A stretch of 64,000 bases of DNA from Eledone cirrhosa (Eukaryota). Positions 27,333-45,404 of this stretch are shown here, in pieces. The number at the start of each line of letters is the position of its first letter. The stretch's first letter is position 1. The position numbers and the translations under genes were made by a program. The DNA is taken from NCBI GenBank assembly GCA_964016885.1, contig OZ024745.1:62000001-62064000 (forward strand), given 5' to 3'. Under the pieces are notes generated by a model. That model searched no databases. It saw only the letters and a program-made list of their open reading frames with translations, and had not been told where the DNA came from.

Positions 27333-28428
27333 ATAATGAAATTACGTATTTCAAATCCTTGTCACATTGAACATGTCATCAATTAAATTTGATATTCATC
27401 CCTTAGTCCATGCTATTGTATACCTTATATGATGAAACTTCCGTTGTTATAAATCATTTAAATTGAAACCTGGAGCGACATAACAAATTACAATTTAAAA
27501 AAAAGTTAAAATGTGAATATGTGTGTTAAAATGCTGAAACAAATACAAACGAATAATTTTAAAATTTTAACAGAAAACACCCCCCAAACAATGTATAAAG
27601 AAATAAATATATTGTAATGCCTGTATAACGTGCAATAGCTAAATAAAAAACGAGAAGAAGAAAAAGATCACAATTTGACATTCAGCTAAATAATTATGTA
27701 CGCCGAAATGTTAACTCAATCAAAATAAATTACGATGAACTGTTGCATGTCAAAATTTGATACTTAAACTCGAAGGATTTTTCTTGAGATATATTGCTAA
27801 AATTATTGTTATCATTATGATGTTGATAATCATTATTATTTTCAATTTTAATATTACTAGCAGTATTGTTCCTGATCTCTCAATTTGTCATCCAAGCTCC
27901 ATTTATAACCGCCTGCAAAATCGATAGGAAATCATAAACCAACACAAAAATTAAAAAGGAAGGAAAAATATAAGGTTCTCATGCTGCATGTTATAATTGT
28001 AATTTTTAGTGGGATGAGACAGATATTTTTGTTTTGGAATTTTAGCGTGCTACATGTTCATTAATGAAAATTCTGTTTCAGGAATATGATACACAACTCA
28101 ATTGTTTCGAGTAATTTACGAAACAAAGGCATTAGTTCTTCCTATTGGGACCATGGTTCACATTTTATATCTTTCTCCCTTTAATTTATCATTCATAGGA
28201 AATATAAAAAAGGTCGGCTGGGTTGTATTTCTTTGAGTAAGCCACTAAAATTACAAAAAATTAACAAAAATAAAAACATGTGTGTATTTCAAATAGCAGT
28301 GTCACATGATTCTAATTGATGTAAAGGTAAAAGCATTCTGTGCTAGTTTCTATCTATCAAAATATTTGTTTTTCTATTGTGATTTTAAATTTAAGAAAGT
28401 CGAACCTAACTCATTCAAACCATTTGCA

Positions 28429-28493
28429 TGATATTAAGAAATAGAATGCTGATATTAAGGAATAGAATGCTGATATTAAGGAATAGAATGCTG
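28429..28493. repeat. 3 x 21-bp tandem repeat
   Basis: TGATATTAAGGAATAGAATGC occurs three times. Confidence 0.9.
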
Positions 28494-30158
28494 CCCCAGC
28501 TGTCTACGATCCCAGAATATCTAACCTATTAACCACAAATCCACGCAATACTCAAATGAATAAAACTATATCGTATCTTGCAATAATTCTAGGTATTAGT
28601 TCCAAGAAGAAAATATGTCAATAGCCTACATGTTTCTAAATATGGGATGTAATTGATGAAGCTGGTGTTATCTGCTTTCCCTTCAGACGTAATTTACTTA
28701 TCGAGAGTTAATGTTTATACAATTATTTACATGTTTCATCCAATATATTTTCCTACATCTTCCTTTATGGCAATAGGATTAGAATATTTCGCAGCTACAT
28801 TAATCTTTCATATCAAATTAAAATTGTATTATTAATAATACTGGTAAAATTATAATATGATTTCAATTCGTATGATTCCGATGACAGGAAGTCTTTGCCG
28901 ATTAGAACGTTCATCGTATTATAGAAAGCTATCACAACGCTAGTTCTTTATAGCGACCATAGTGTTCACAATTAAGTAATGTGTTTTCCAGTCTTTAATT
29001 CGTGAAATCACAGAAGTCTTTAGGGAAATTAGTCACAGTCAAACCATATAACAGATACCATATAAGGTATCTGTTATCTGGTATCCTAAATCATGTAAAC
29101 ATTTTGGTGGCACATCGATATGAACTGAAATAATATAAGTCGTTCACAACGAATAGCTCCTAACAAAATATATTCTAGGCCTAAGAAGGTGAAATATTTA
29201 AGTAATTTTGCTTTCATGAAATATATCACATTAATTACTTGCATAAATCAGCAAGCAGAAATAACATATTTGCAGACACGAAGCCCTGTAATACAGTACA
29301 GAGAACTGAAGCAGGTTGAATAACCCATACAACTTGAAATTAGATACAGATTATCACTGAACAATATATATGCATAAATAGACTGTTTACAAACAACAAT
29401 ATTAATTATTCACATTGAAAGGAACTGCGGAAACACAAGTCAGCAAGCATTGAACGTGAATATATGCGCTAAGACAATGAAACTGAAAACACGGAAAGGC
29501 TAATGAATTCACAATAAGTAAAGTAAAATTAAAAATATTTATTCAAAAATATCATCTCGCAGAAAAGTAGATTCATACGTCCTTGGAGGATTGGTAGTGT
29601 ACTTTTAAGTATCTTACGTTTTATTATACGCCATTAGAACACCAAAATGCGCTAGACGTACCCGAAATCAAACCACTGATACTACTAAATATTTACACCA
29701 AAAAGGTCCAAGAAGTATCTTCCAATAACTTTCCAATATAGCGCATATCAGTATCACGAAAGTTGGAACGCTTCTCATTGTTTCAGAATGATAAAATCAA
29801 AGCTATTTCATATTCAAAACGTAGGAGAGTTGATATCTCTGTTTACACAACATATCAGACCTGATGTCTGAGATCAAAGCAACACATACAGAATTGCAAT
29901 TAACAAAACATATATACTTAAGGGTGTTATGGTTTAGAAATTGATACATCTCCGAGATATACGGGATGACGCTTTGGAAGGAGAAGAAACAGAAATAAAG
30001 TCTTGCCTGGAAAGTTGACTACAACACCAGGAAAATTATCACTTTTATGCTTCGGGTTGCCCCGTTTGATAAAGCTGCGTTTGCCATATTACGTTCAGTA
30101 AGTAACCACATACATTTAATAAGTAGAACTGGTAGCTAAATACTAGTCAAGTTATAAA

Positions 30159-30217
<59 letters not shown>

Positions 30218-30364
30218 GTGTTTTGATGGGCTTTCCTATGTGTTGCCTCGTCTTCACGAGTTTAAACGGAGCAATTGATTGTAGTATTTGTCTCATCCAT
30301 TTACAGTTAAAGTTTATAAATGTAAACCCCAATTCTATTCTGATTGTTTCTTCCCTTGTACTCT

Positions 30365-31140
30365 CACATACGGAATTAACATTGAAGATGTCACCCATGT
30401 CATAAACAGCTGTCCAAAGATGTCACCACAGTACTATCTATCTATGAGGCATGATGTAATGGCCAAAACACTGTACAATGCGATCCGTAGAAAAGATAAC
30501 CCCGACAATAAACGCTACAGCAAAGTGGAAAACATGCATATACATAATATGAAAGAGTACTGATGGAATGCTTCAGTAAAAACCCCAATAAAATGCAGGC
30601 ACAACATACCAGATATAATGATATGGGATAGGGGAAAGAAGGCATGCACAGTAGTGGAAGTTAGCTGTCCAGCAGATGCCAATATAATATTAAAGATTAG
30701 CGAAAAAATGAATATCTATGCAGAAATAATGAGAAATCTACAAATACTCCACCCTGACTATACCTTCATATTTATGTCTGTGATTACTGGGGCACTGGGA
30801 TATGGTAGAAACTGCCTCAGTACAAATCCTGAGAAGCTGGGCTTCACAGAAACGGAAAGAATACAACTAGTTAGGAAATTATATAAAATATGTGAAAAAA
30901 TATGTAAAACATAAAAATATGTAAAACATTCCAAACATTCTGCATTTAATAACTGCATATACACTTGTACATATACAAAGCATATGCACATGCACACATA
31001 CAATATAACTCAAAACATAGACATCCATACATGCACACGCATGCATACAGACATGCATACATATATACCTAGTTGATGATGTGTAAATTCCAATGAGAGA
31101 GTCTTGTATCTATGTTAGAAACCGACTCTCTCTCTATTGG
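30365..31140 (+). mobile_element. 3' remnant of an R2/R4(Dong)-type non-LTR element with restriction-like endonuclease
   Basis: EDVTHVINSC (knuckle end), MRHD, HNIPDIMIWD, VVEVSCP and ITGALG, interrupted by a stop. A 3' hairpin GAGAGAGTC..GACTCTCTC follows. Confidence 0.8.
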
Positions 31141-31449
31141 CAAACATTTGTGAAATTATAAAACCAGAAGAACATATATACATATATACATAAACACACA
31201 TACACACACATATATATGTGCATATATATACAGTAGCGGACTGGGTATAAATATATTGGTTGCCAGGAGATGAAGGGGGCCCACCTACATATAGAATACT
31301 ATCATTTAATTTTTGTAATGAATAAATAACATTTTCGAAAAAATACATAAGTGGAAACAAAACAGTGCAATCAAATTTTTTCGGAAAAATATCTTACCTT
31401 CTCCAATGAAAAAATATGTATTTTGCAAAATCCAGAGACTTTCAATAAT

Positions 31450-31880
31450 GTCCAGAAGTCGACCCTAAAATATTACTAATAGCCCTAAGAAAGCCATGAA
31501 TGATACCACGTCTTTTTAACTTTGTTTTTGAAAGTAGGATAATAATTCGCAATTTTCATTATACTTTTGTAGCTGTCTTGGTGGCCTAGTTGGAGAAATC
31601 ATAGATGGAGGTGATCCTGGTCTGAAGTCGATCCTTGTCGGGAGTAGAGTTCCCAGTAAACCTTTTCACTTTTTTTAAAATAAAAACTGAAAAAAATATT
31701 ACATGTAATTCTTGACCAGGATTGAACGCAAGACCAGAATCTTCACCGTCTCTAGTACCTACCGCTAGGCGACAGAGACAACTACGAAGATGTTAAGAAA
31801 ATTCATACTTATAAACCTACTTTCAAAATTTTCAAAACAAAGTGTTGTGGTGTCGTTCATGGTCGACTTCTAAATCATTT
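31450..31880. mobile_element. Foldback repeat with two inward-facing tRNA-like heads
   Basis: AGAAGTCGACC..TTTGAAAGTAGG..GTAGCTGTC..GGCCTAG arm mirrored at 31715-31875. A partial copy occurs at about 34075-34200. Confidence 0.5.
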
Positions 31881-32109
31881 AGGTGTTCCAAAAACTATAT
31901 CCTCGTTTTGTTTCACAGCTATCTAGACTATATTTTAACCTGTAATCCATGTTTCATTTCTGTTGCACCTCATCCCCCCCCCGTCTCTTTCTCTGTGTGA
32001 TATTTGAATCTACTATGATTTCGGGTTACTTTATTCATATATATATGTTTTTGCATGTCAGATTCAAAATTGCAATGATTGGCATTATATATATAGATAT
32101 ATATATATG

Positions 32110-32187
<78 letters not shown>

Positions 32188-32325
32188 AAAGTTCTATTTA
32201 AAATTGTTGGGATACAACAAGTAAATATTTTATAACTGATATAAAGCACTCGACAAGCTTCCTAAAATAATGGTTGCATTTAATAGGGTACGTCAAAATT
32301 ATTTATAAAACTGTTTATATATTGT

Positions 32326-32388
32326 ATTTTGTCTGATGAAGGCATACCATATTTTAATTTGGTATCCCTGAAATATGTATAATGAAAT
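32326..32388 (+). ncRNA. Type I hammerhead ribozyme
   Basis: ATTTTGT-CTGATGA-AGGCATACCA..TGGTATCCCT-GAAA-TATGTA-TA-ATGAAAT. Confidence 0.7.
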
Positions 32389-32651
32389 AAATATGGTTTT
32401 ATAAATATAGTTTCCATTTATTAATATCGTATATATATATATATTTCGTTTCTGAATTTGTTTAGCAAGATTCTTTATCTGAAAACCTGTGTTGAAACCG
32501 ATATTGTTATGCTTTGGTAGGGTCATGTTGCCAATAAGAAACACACGCACCAGTTGCTTTCACTCCAATTTATTATAATTTAAATTTATAAATTTAAGAA
32601 TTTATACATTTCCGGTTGGTTGGATCCATAACCGGACGGTTGTTCATATAT

Positions 32652-32696
32652 TGTCAAAGTTCTTTCATCACACATTCTGTGACCTCTTCAGTGACT
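32652..32696 (-). ncRNA. Type I hammerhead ribozyme (minimal)
   Basis: Reverse complement reads GTCA-CTGAAGA-GGTCACA-GAATG-TGTGAT-GAAA-GAAC-TT-TGAC. Confidence 0.6.
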
Positions 32697-32754
32697 GGGG
32701 ATTCTTTTTTTTGTTTTGTGGCTCTCCTTTGTTCGGCGTAAGACAGAACAAAAG

Positions 32755-33769
<1,015 letters not shown>

Positions 33770-33770
<1 letters not shown>

Positions 33771-33890
33771 AGGAAAAGAGTCAAGATCCCGATGGCTGAG
33801 TTCCGGCTGTTTCGACAGCTAGTTCTGAGTGCAGAACTAGCTGTCGAAACATGCCGGAGCTCAGCCGTTGGGTTTCTGACTCTTTTCCTA
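33770..33890. repeat. 121-bp hairpin, probable PLE 3'-end foldback related to 4872-4960
   Basis: TAGGAAAAGAGTCA..GACAGCTAGTTCTG-AGTG-CAGAACTAGCTGTC..TGACTCTTTTCCTA. Confidence 0.8.
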
Positions 33891-34521
33891 TTACCCACTC
33901 TACTACCCATAGTATCGAGTACTCTGGTGCGTTTTGGTTCACCTGGTTCCTTACCACACTTTCTTCGTTATATATATATTATATCCTTTTGCTAAAATAA
34001 TCAAATTAAATTAATTCAACAGTTAAACACACATAGGAATAACGAGGATGTTACCAAAGGGCCAGAAGATTTTGTGAAATCCAGAGACTTACAATAATGA
34101 CGAGAAGTCGACCCTAAAGTAAGTTTATAATTATAAAATGTCATTATACTTTCGGATTCATAGACGGTGGTGATCATGGTCTGAAGTTCGATCCTAAGAG
34201 ATTTTTGCTTATAAAACCTCCGTTAGAGATGGCGAATCGTATATAGTGGAGGTTGAAGAACCAGGATTCATAACCAGTAACTCTAGCTGCGTGGTTCATA
34301 ACACTGATGTGCATGATCATATTTTAGTATATTCATAACAAAACATGTATGTATGCTTATTATATATATGCTTATTATATATATATATATATACATGTAT
34401 ATGATTGTGTTGTTATTTCTGTTTACCTTTTACATACATATATATTATTATGTTAGTAACTTGTGGTTACTACCGGTGACGCTAGTCGAAGCACTCCATC
34501 AGAACACCCATGTAAACGCGC

Positions 34522-34605
34522 ATATTTGAAGAAGTGTCGATTAAAAGTCGCGATCCGATCGCCTGATCAAACCCAAGGTGATCGATATAGAAGCAATTGT
34601 AATAT
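34522..34605 (+). ncRNA. Degenerate hammerhead ribozyme
   Basis: ATAT-TTGAAGA-..TGTCGATT..GATCGATA..-GAAG-CAATTG-TA-ATAT, with two core mutations. Confidence 0.35.
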
Positions 34606-34648
34606 TCAATGGAGTTTCCCAAAAAGCTGCAATTCTTATTGTCACCCG

Positions 34649-34743
<95 letters not shown>

Positions 34744-35574
34744 TGTGAGAAAAACCACAGACCCTCCATCTCAACTCACCTTTTGAAAAGCAGAAGAACT
34801 GCGAAACCGGTAAAGGAACCAAATAAATATATATATTTTTAAAAAAAATAAGACTTCAGTTACATTTTCGATTTCATCTCTTTTTCTTTATATATGTATA
34901 TATATATATATTGTATATATATATATACAAATATATCTTTTATTCGGCAACCCTTTTCAAGGGAGAACCCTCTTAAAAATCTTGAATACAATATATGTAT
35001 ATGGAGTGTTGATTAGATGCATATATTTATATAGGTGATTATTTATTTATCGTTAGATATTTGGGTGTTATCAATGATAAAATGGGAAATATCAATGTAA
35101 AGAGGTAGAAAACAAATAATTAAGTAGATATATAGTCATATTGATTATTTATCAGTAGTATTGAGAAATCAGGCACTTGATATATAAGTGAATACACAAC
35201 ATTATAAGATGGTGTCAATGTGTCACAATAATTAAGCAGTTTTAATTAGTTTTCTGGAGAAGCTTGCTATATACACATAATACTTTGCAAATTTATATTC
35301 TACATATAAAATTTGAGAATAAATGAAAGAAAATCTAATTATTCTTCATCAGGTAAGTGAAAAGTAATTGAAGTATTAATTTTAATCATTTGGTTTGTAT
35401 AGTTTCATAAAGCCGTGCTTGTCACTTTATGTTCAGTAAATATCCACATATAGTTATTAACTAGAACTGATAGGTAAATAGAGTAATAGTCATGTTATAA
35501 ACGCCCCCCCCCCCACGCACACGCACACGCACACACGCACACACACACACACGCACACACATACACACACACAC

Positions 35575-35677
<103 letters not shown>

Positions 35678-35823
35678 TAAATAGTTAAACAAGATCCAAT
35701 GAGTATGTCAAAGAATGAGTTTTACAGTAGATTGGAAGCACTCTACGGTAAAATATATTTTTCCTGAGTTATTAATATTAAAATACAAATATTAATAAAA
35801 TAGATGTTCTTTTTATCAATTAC

Positions 35824-35876
35824 ATTTTATTATACATATTTCGGATGTACAACTGTACGTCCTCATCAGACAAAAT
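35824..35876 (-). ncRNA. Type I hammerhead ribozyme
   Basis: Reverse complement of the motif at 37780-37832. Confidence 0.8.
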
Positions 35877-37779
35877 ATAATGATAAATCACATACCCTGA
35901 GATGTTAAATGGTTAAGATTTAATCAAGGTAGTGATTAACCCAAGAAAAATTTAACATTTATACCCTAATAATGAGAAAATGCGAAAACGTAATAAAATC
36001 AACAGAGAAAGTGCGAGTAATAAAAACGTTGCTTAATGTAACAGTTACATAGATATTAAGATGTATGATACTATAATTTTTGAATAAAGGGGGGTAATAA
36101 GCTGAAGAAGATTTAGTTTTGCCGAAAGTTAAACGGTTAATTTTGAAAATATTTATCCACGTCTTTATCACAGCTCATATGGTCTTTAAAAGAGAAAGAT
36201 TTAAAATACTCTATTCTTTGGACAGAACTTCGTAACTGTGGAATTTACCGCAACTCTAGTATATCAAATAACTGCTCGCTCTGTACAATGGAGACCCTGT
36301 TGATTATTAATAACTATGAGACCCTAATTAACAAAAAAGTGAATTATTCTCTCGTTGCCTCCATAAAGCTACATCCACAGTCTTAGCCTCCCACAAAACG
36401 AGAAAAAAAGAGAGTCTAGCATTAAACCATTGAAAACTTGGTTGTCAGACATATATAATGAACAGGGAAAAACATTAATGGCCTTTAATATTGCATTATC
36501 TTATAACTATCTATAGAAGAAATAACGCTCGAATGAAAGACACTTGTTTAATAACATGCTGAACATTTACACACATAACAATATTTTACTAACTTTGATC
36601 AATACCATTATTTCTTTATTTCTTTATTTCTTTATCTCTCTATCTATCTTCCTTTCTAAGTTTTAAATTTTAGTTTAATATCCAACCCATATATTTTTAC
36701 GGATCTTATTTATAACTGTGAATTTTTTAACGCGTTTTTTTTATCTCTTATTTATAATATATTACATTATGTATGTAATTATATTTTCTATATTTTTTTT
36801 TGAATATACCTACTGCATTTATATATCCATGATTCAAATATAGAGCAAATATCCAAACTATAAATTATAGACATTATCTTGAACTCTGAATTATCCATGC
36901 ATTTTTTATTATTCTTTCTCTTATATACATATATGTATTTAACTGTAACACATAGAACTTTATTATATACAATTGTAACCGTTATCATCTACCTAAAGTA
37001 TACTGTACCATTAATATCTAATATATATCTATATATACCTCCCTATATATTACTATATATCATTTTTAGTTAACTTCTAAATTTCTTGGTTACGTTTACT
37101 AAGAATAATTAATGCATTTACACTCTGTTATATATAGGTGTATATTTAACCATAACATGCATCAATCCATTATTTTGTTATCATCTACCTAAAATATACT
37201 AGCTCATTAATATATATATATACATAATCGTTATTTAAATATTTCTAACAATAAGTAATTCGCAAGCTTTACATACCTAATACGCTCAGTATTTCCGTTA
37301 AAGTTTACATTTAGGAAATTAATCAACAGTATAAACTTTCACTCCGTTGGCCAGCTAATACCTATAAATGTTATCCACATGAAATTCAGAATCTTTGAAA
37401 TGTTAACACATTTATAGAATTTATAAAACTAATATATAAATAACCAGAAATCAAAAAGATCAAAATCAAAATCTCGAACCTTCACCCTATAATACCATAA
37501 ATTAAATATTTTCAAAATTAACCGTTTAACTTTCGGCAAAACTAAATCTCCTTCAGCTCATTACTCCCCTTTATTAAAAAATTATAGTATTATACATCTT
37601 AAGATCTATTTAACTGTTACATTAAGCAACGTTTTTCTTACTCGCACTTTCTCTGTTGATTTTATTACGTTTTCGCATTTTTATTATTAGGGTATATATG
37701 TTAAAATTTTCTTGGGTTAATCACTACCTTGATTAAATCTTAACCATTTAATATCTCAGGGTATGTGATGTATCATTAT

Positions 37780-37832
37780 ATTTTGTCTGATGAGGACGTA
37801 CAGTTGTACATCCGAAATATGTATAATAAAAT
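37780..37832 (+). ncRNA. Type I hammerhead ribozyme
   Basis: ATTTTGT-CTGATGA-GGACGTACA-GT-TGTACATCC-GAAA-TATGTA-TA-ATAAAAT. Confidence 0.8.
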
Positions 37833-37873
37833 GTAATTGATCAAAAGAACATCTATTTTATTAATATTTGTAG

Positions 37874-37910
<37 letters not shown>

Positions 37911-37962
37911 AGTATGCATGTATACGTACATACATATATGTATACAGACGTACAGTAGCATG

Positions 37963-37996
<34 letters not shown>

Positions 37997-38160
37997 TACA
38001 TACATATGCATACAGGTACACATACATATATGCACGTATCAGTTTAGCGGCGCTTATTATAACGTCGCTTTGTTCGTTTGTAAACAAACTGAACAGCCTG
38101 AATTTATGCCATACGGTGTTAAGGCAACCACGTCACCTTTTTGTTCAACACTGACCCAGG

Positions 38161-38205
38161 AACGATGTACTAGTTTCAAGCTTGTTAGCTATCATCAGCA
38201 CCGTT
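38161..38205 (-). ncRNA. Hammerhead ribozyme, array A unit 1
   Basis: Reverse complement reads AACGGTG-CTGATGA-TAGCT-AACA-AGCTT-GAAA-CTAG-TA-CATCGTT. Confidence 0.8.
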
Positions 38206-38628
38206 TACCCATCTGCCAGATAGTTGAACGTTCGAAATTATATACTTTCCTTATGAAAATTAACGGCTGAGCAGCCTAATTTGCATATTGAGTGAGTAAA
38301 ATCGGTCAGGCATACCGAAAACGATAAATTGAAACAAAATGAAAACGAAATTTCATTTCTCACTCTTAGTATGGCACTTACTTAAATGTAAGTATGCATG
38401 TATACGTACATACATATATGTATACAGACGTACAGTAGCATGCACATATATATATATACATATATACATACATATGCATACAGGTACACATACATATATG
38501 CACGTATCAGTTTAGCGGCGCTTATTATAACGTCGCTTTGTTCGTTTGTAAACAAACAAAACAGCCTGAATTTATGCCATACGGTGTTAAGGCAACCACG
38601 TCACCTTTTTGTTCAACACTGACACAGG

Positions 38629-38673
38629 AACGATGTACTAGTTTCAAGCTTGTTAGCTATCATCAGCACCGTT
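38629..38673 (-). ncRNA. Hammerhead ribozyme, array A unit 2
   Basis: Identical motif to unit 1. Confidence 0.8.
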
Positions 38674-39136
38674 TACCCATCTGCCAGATAGTTGAACGTT
38701 CGAAAGTATATACTTTCCTTATGAAAATTAACGGCTGAGCAGCCTAATTTGCATATTGAGTGAGTTAAATCGGTCAGGCATACCGAAAACGATAAATTGA
38801 AACAACATGAAAACGAAATTTCATTTCTCACTCTTAGTATGGCACTTACTTAAATGTAAGTATGCATGTATACGAACAAAGCGACGTTATAATAAGCGCC
38901 GCTAAACTGATACGTGCATATATGTATGTGTACCTGTATGCATATGTATGTATATATGTATATATATATATATATATGTGCATGCTACTGTACGTCTGTA
39001 TACATATATGTATGTACGTATACATGCATACTTACATTTAAGTAAGTGCCATACTAAGAGTGAGAAATGAAATTTCGTTTTCATTTTGTTTCAATTTATC
39101 GTTTTCGGTATGCCTGACCGATTTAACTCACTCAAT

Positions 39137-39144
39137 ATGCAAAT
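39137..39144 (+). promoter_or_regulatory. Octamer motif ATGCAAAT (candidate snRNA-type promoter element), array A
   Basis: Lies about 80 nt upstream of the HHR and is conserved in array B despite divergence. Confidence 0.45.
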
Positions 39145-39217
39145 TATGCTCCTCAGCCGTTAATTTTCATAAGGAAAGTATATACTTTCGAACGTTCAAC
39201 TATCTGGCAGATGGGTA

Positions 39218-39262
39218 AACGGTGCTGATGATAGCTAACAAGCTTGAAACTAGTACATCGTT
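39218..39262 (+). ncRNA. Hammerhead ribozyme, array A inverted arm
   Basis: AACGGTG-CTGATGA-TAGCTAACAAGCTT-GAAA-CTAG-TA-CATCGTT. Confidence 0.8.
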
Positions 39263-39569
39263 CCTGTGTCAGTGTTGAACAAAAAGGTGACGTGGTTGCC
39301 TTAACACCGTATGGCATAAATTCAGGCTGTTCAGTTTGTTTACAAACGAACAAAGCGACGTTATAATAAGCGCCGCTAAACTGATACGTGCATATATGGA
39401 TGTGTACCTGTATGCATATGTATGTATATATGTATATATATATATATATATATGTGCATGCTACTGTACGTCTGTATACATATATGTATGTACGTATACA
39501 TGCATACTTACATTTAAGTAAGTGCCATACTAAGAGTGAGAAATGAAATTTCGTTTTCATTTTGTTTCA

Positions 39570-39699
<130 letters not shown>

Positions 39700-40412
39700 A
39701 TTCTACCTAGAAATCTGTGTGCGTATATGTATTCTGTGTGCTTTGTTACTGTGTGTATGTTTATATGAGTGATAAATAACTAAAGAATAGTACGGATGAC
39801 AAGGTTGAAATGCGAGACATAGACTGATGATATTTGATTTAAGTGACTAAATTAAAGATAAACAGAGCAGAAGCGACATACAATTTGAAAAGCTTAAACA
39901 TAAACAATCCTGACCAAATTATTAACATCGATTCGATATTCTAGTTGTGAAGAGTAATATACATCACTGACCTTCACTGTATATAAATAGTTTTCAATCA
40001 ATTTGATATCGTTATATTTCCAAACGGATGATCAGTAACTAAAAGGAAAATTATGATGTTTCATTTTATCATTATAGATGTAGAGCAAATTATAAAAAGA
40101 AATTATCAAAGGTGTGAAGTTGCTTTTAAGATAGTGGCAGCATTTGTTCGGATGCATATGCGGAATTGAATTGATGTAGTTCAAAATTGAACGTTTGACC
40201 TATAAGCATTATCAATATAATCATATATGTATTTATTGAGTAGGAGATGATAACATGAAGATCATTTCTAGCATTTTAAGTTCATATTTTAAGTTCATTT
40301 CAACGTAAGCTGAAATGCGTTTTACTATAGATAACCCCTTATTTTGAGGTTCAGATTACATACCTTCAATATAACTGCCATTTCTAACTGGTCCCGAAAA
40401 CTAAATTTCACA

Positions 40413-40789
<377 letters not shown>

Positions 40790-40859
40790 ACACACACACA
40801 CAAACAAACACACACACACACATTCACACACATATATATATATATATAAATATATATAT

Positions 40860-43826
<2,967 letters not shown>

Positions 43827-43829
<3 letters not shown>

Positions 43830-45190
43830 GTGAAACACTGGAAGGTAATATCCGTAGTGGTAGAGCACTCAGTCCAAGGGACGAGTTAGATAGAAGTGGT
43901 TACACAACAGTTAGTTCACCATACCGAGAACAATTGTTTCACATTCGCGGATCTTCAGCTCGGGATGTGTATGGTTATAGGAACAGGAAGGACAATCGTA
44001 CGAACGCGCATGCGCAGAAACTCGGTCACTTCACACAGGCAATAGTAGACTGCGTGCGGGGGGTGTAAAGGAGATAACTGCGAAAGTCCGGAAAGTTTTT
44101 TGGTCGAAAATAAAATAAAAAAATTTAAAATTAAAATTTCAAAGAATCAGTCCGGAGCCTTGTAGTTATGTAATAGATGTTTGGTGACGTGTGGATAACG
44201 TGTGAAAAAATAACTCTCGTGTTTAGGCAATAACTATTGCGTAATCTCTTTAGGATAGTTATTCGTTCGTCAATACATAAGACACACCTCGGATTTCCCT
44301 TGCGTATGGCTTGGACTTAGTGATGGCTTTCCATTGAATGGAGTACTCTATACTTGAGTCCTTGAGGGACCATACGTGGCTCGCGAGTTTCGTGGATGAA
44401 CGCCTGTCCGGGTATCTGAAGGTAGACTGGTGGTTCAGGAAACGCTCCTTGAATCGGACCTCCGCCATGCCCACATAGGATTTGACCGCCTGTGGTTCGT
44501 TTGGTCGGTTGGAAGTGACCACAGCTTCATAGATTACAGCTGGTGTGTTGCATTGTTGTTGAAGGGGGCAAGCTTCAGGCTTACGGCAAGAGCACCCTGG
44601 TGGGGTGTTGCTCCTAGGGCTGCTGGTGATGTGGGACTTCATGTTCTTAGCGCAGGAGTATCCTAGTTTAACTTTGTGTCGGTTAAAGATGGAGCGGTAT
44701 TTATGACCTATGGGGAAGTGTCTATCTAAGAGGGCTAGAAATCTTTTTCCTACATTGGTTTTAACGTTGAGTGAGAAGGGAGGAGAGAAGTTTGTCTATT
44801 GTTGCACTTACTTTTCTTAATGGTGTTGTTGCTAGTGGGAGAGTAAATGATAGGCTGTGAGAAGCCGCTGTTAGCCAACGCCGTGTTATAGTAGGGTGCC
44901 GCCCTGTCAAAGATAGCCTTATTAGAGGAGAGGTTTGAGATTCTAGTACTGATATTCTTAACGAAGTTTCTAAAAACAGTGGGAGCGTGGCATGAGTCCT
45001 TTTGAATGTAATTAAGTTTCTCGTTTAGCTTCTGGAAGGGTCTGTGGGTGTGTGTGCGAAGGTCTAAATTAATGTCTAAGAAATCTACGCTAGAGAGGTT
45101 GGTGGCTACTGTTATCCTAAGACCTAACTCATTGAAGATAGAAGCTAAGTCTTTTTTAAACCGGTCGAGGTCGTGACCACTTTTATGGCC
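43827..45190 (-). mobile_element. Penelope-like element (Neptune type) 3' remnant
   Basis: CSCRKPEACPLQQQC, IYEAVV..YVGMAE..FKERFLNHQSTF and TKLASHVWSLK. RT and thumb remnants at 44640-45180 (VDFLDINLDL, KLGYSC). pLTR carries a HHR. Confidence 0.88.
43920..43967 (-). ncRNA. Type I hammerhead ribozyme in the Neptune pLTR
   Basis: Reverse complement reads CCGAG-CTGAAGA-TCCGCGAATGT-GAAA-CAATTG-TT-CTCGG. Stem II is weak. Confidence 0.65.
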
Positions 45191-45230
45191 CGATAAAGTC
45201 TTATATATATATATTTATATATATAAAGTG

Positions 45231-45265
<35 letters not shown>

Positions 45266-45347
45266 TCGATAAAGTCTTATATATATATATTTATATATAT
45301 AAAGTGTTATATATATATATATATATATATATATGGCTCGATAAAGT

Positions 45348-45352
<5 letters not shown>
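45190..45352. repeat. 3 x ~76-bp CGATAAAGTCTT-(TA)n tandem units
   Basis: CGATAAAGTCTT occurs at 45190, 45266 and 45339. Confidence 0.8.

Positions 45353-45404
<52 letters not shown>

Larger units (their letters stand above)
35690..37878 (+). mobile_element. 5'-truncated Penelope-like element with inverted pLTR copy
   Basis: Inverted arms at about 35780-36155 and 37500-37878, each with a HHR. The internal segment 36157-36390 translates to TSLSQLIWSLKEK..YSILW..CSLCTMET..LINKK/ELFSRCLH, the C-terminus of a PLE GIY-YIG region. Confidence 0.8.
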
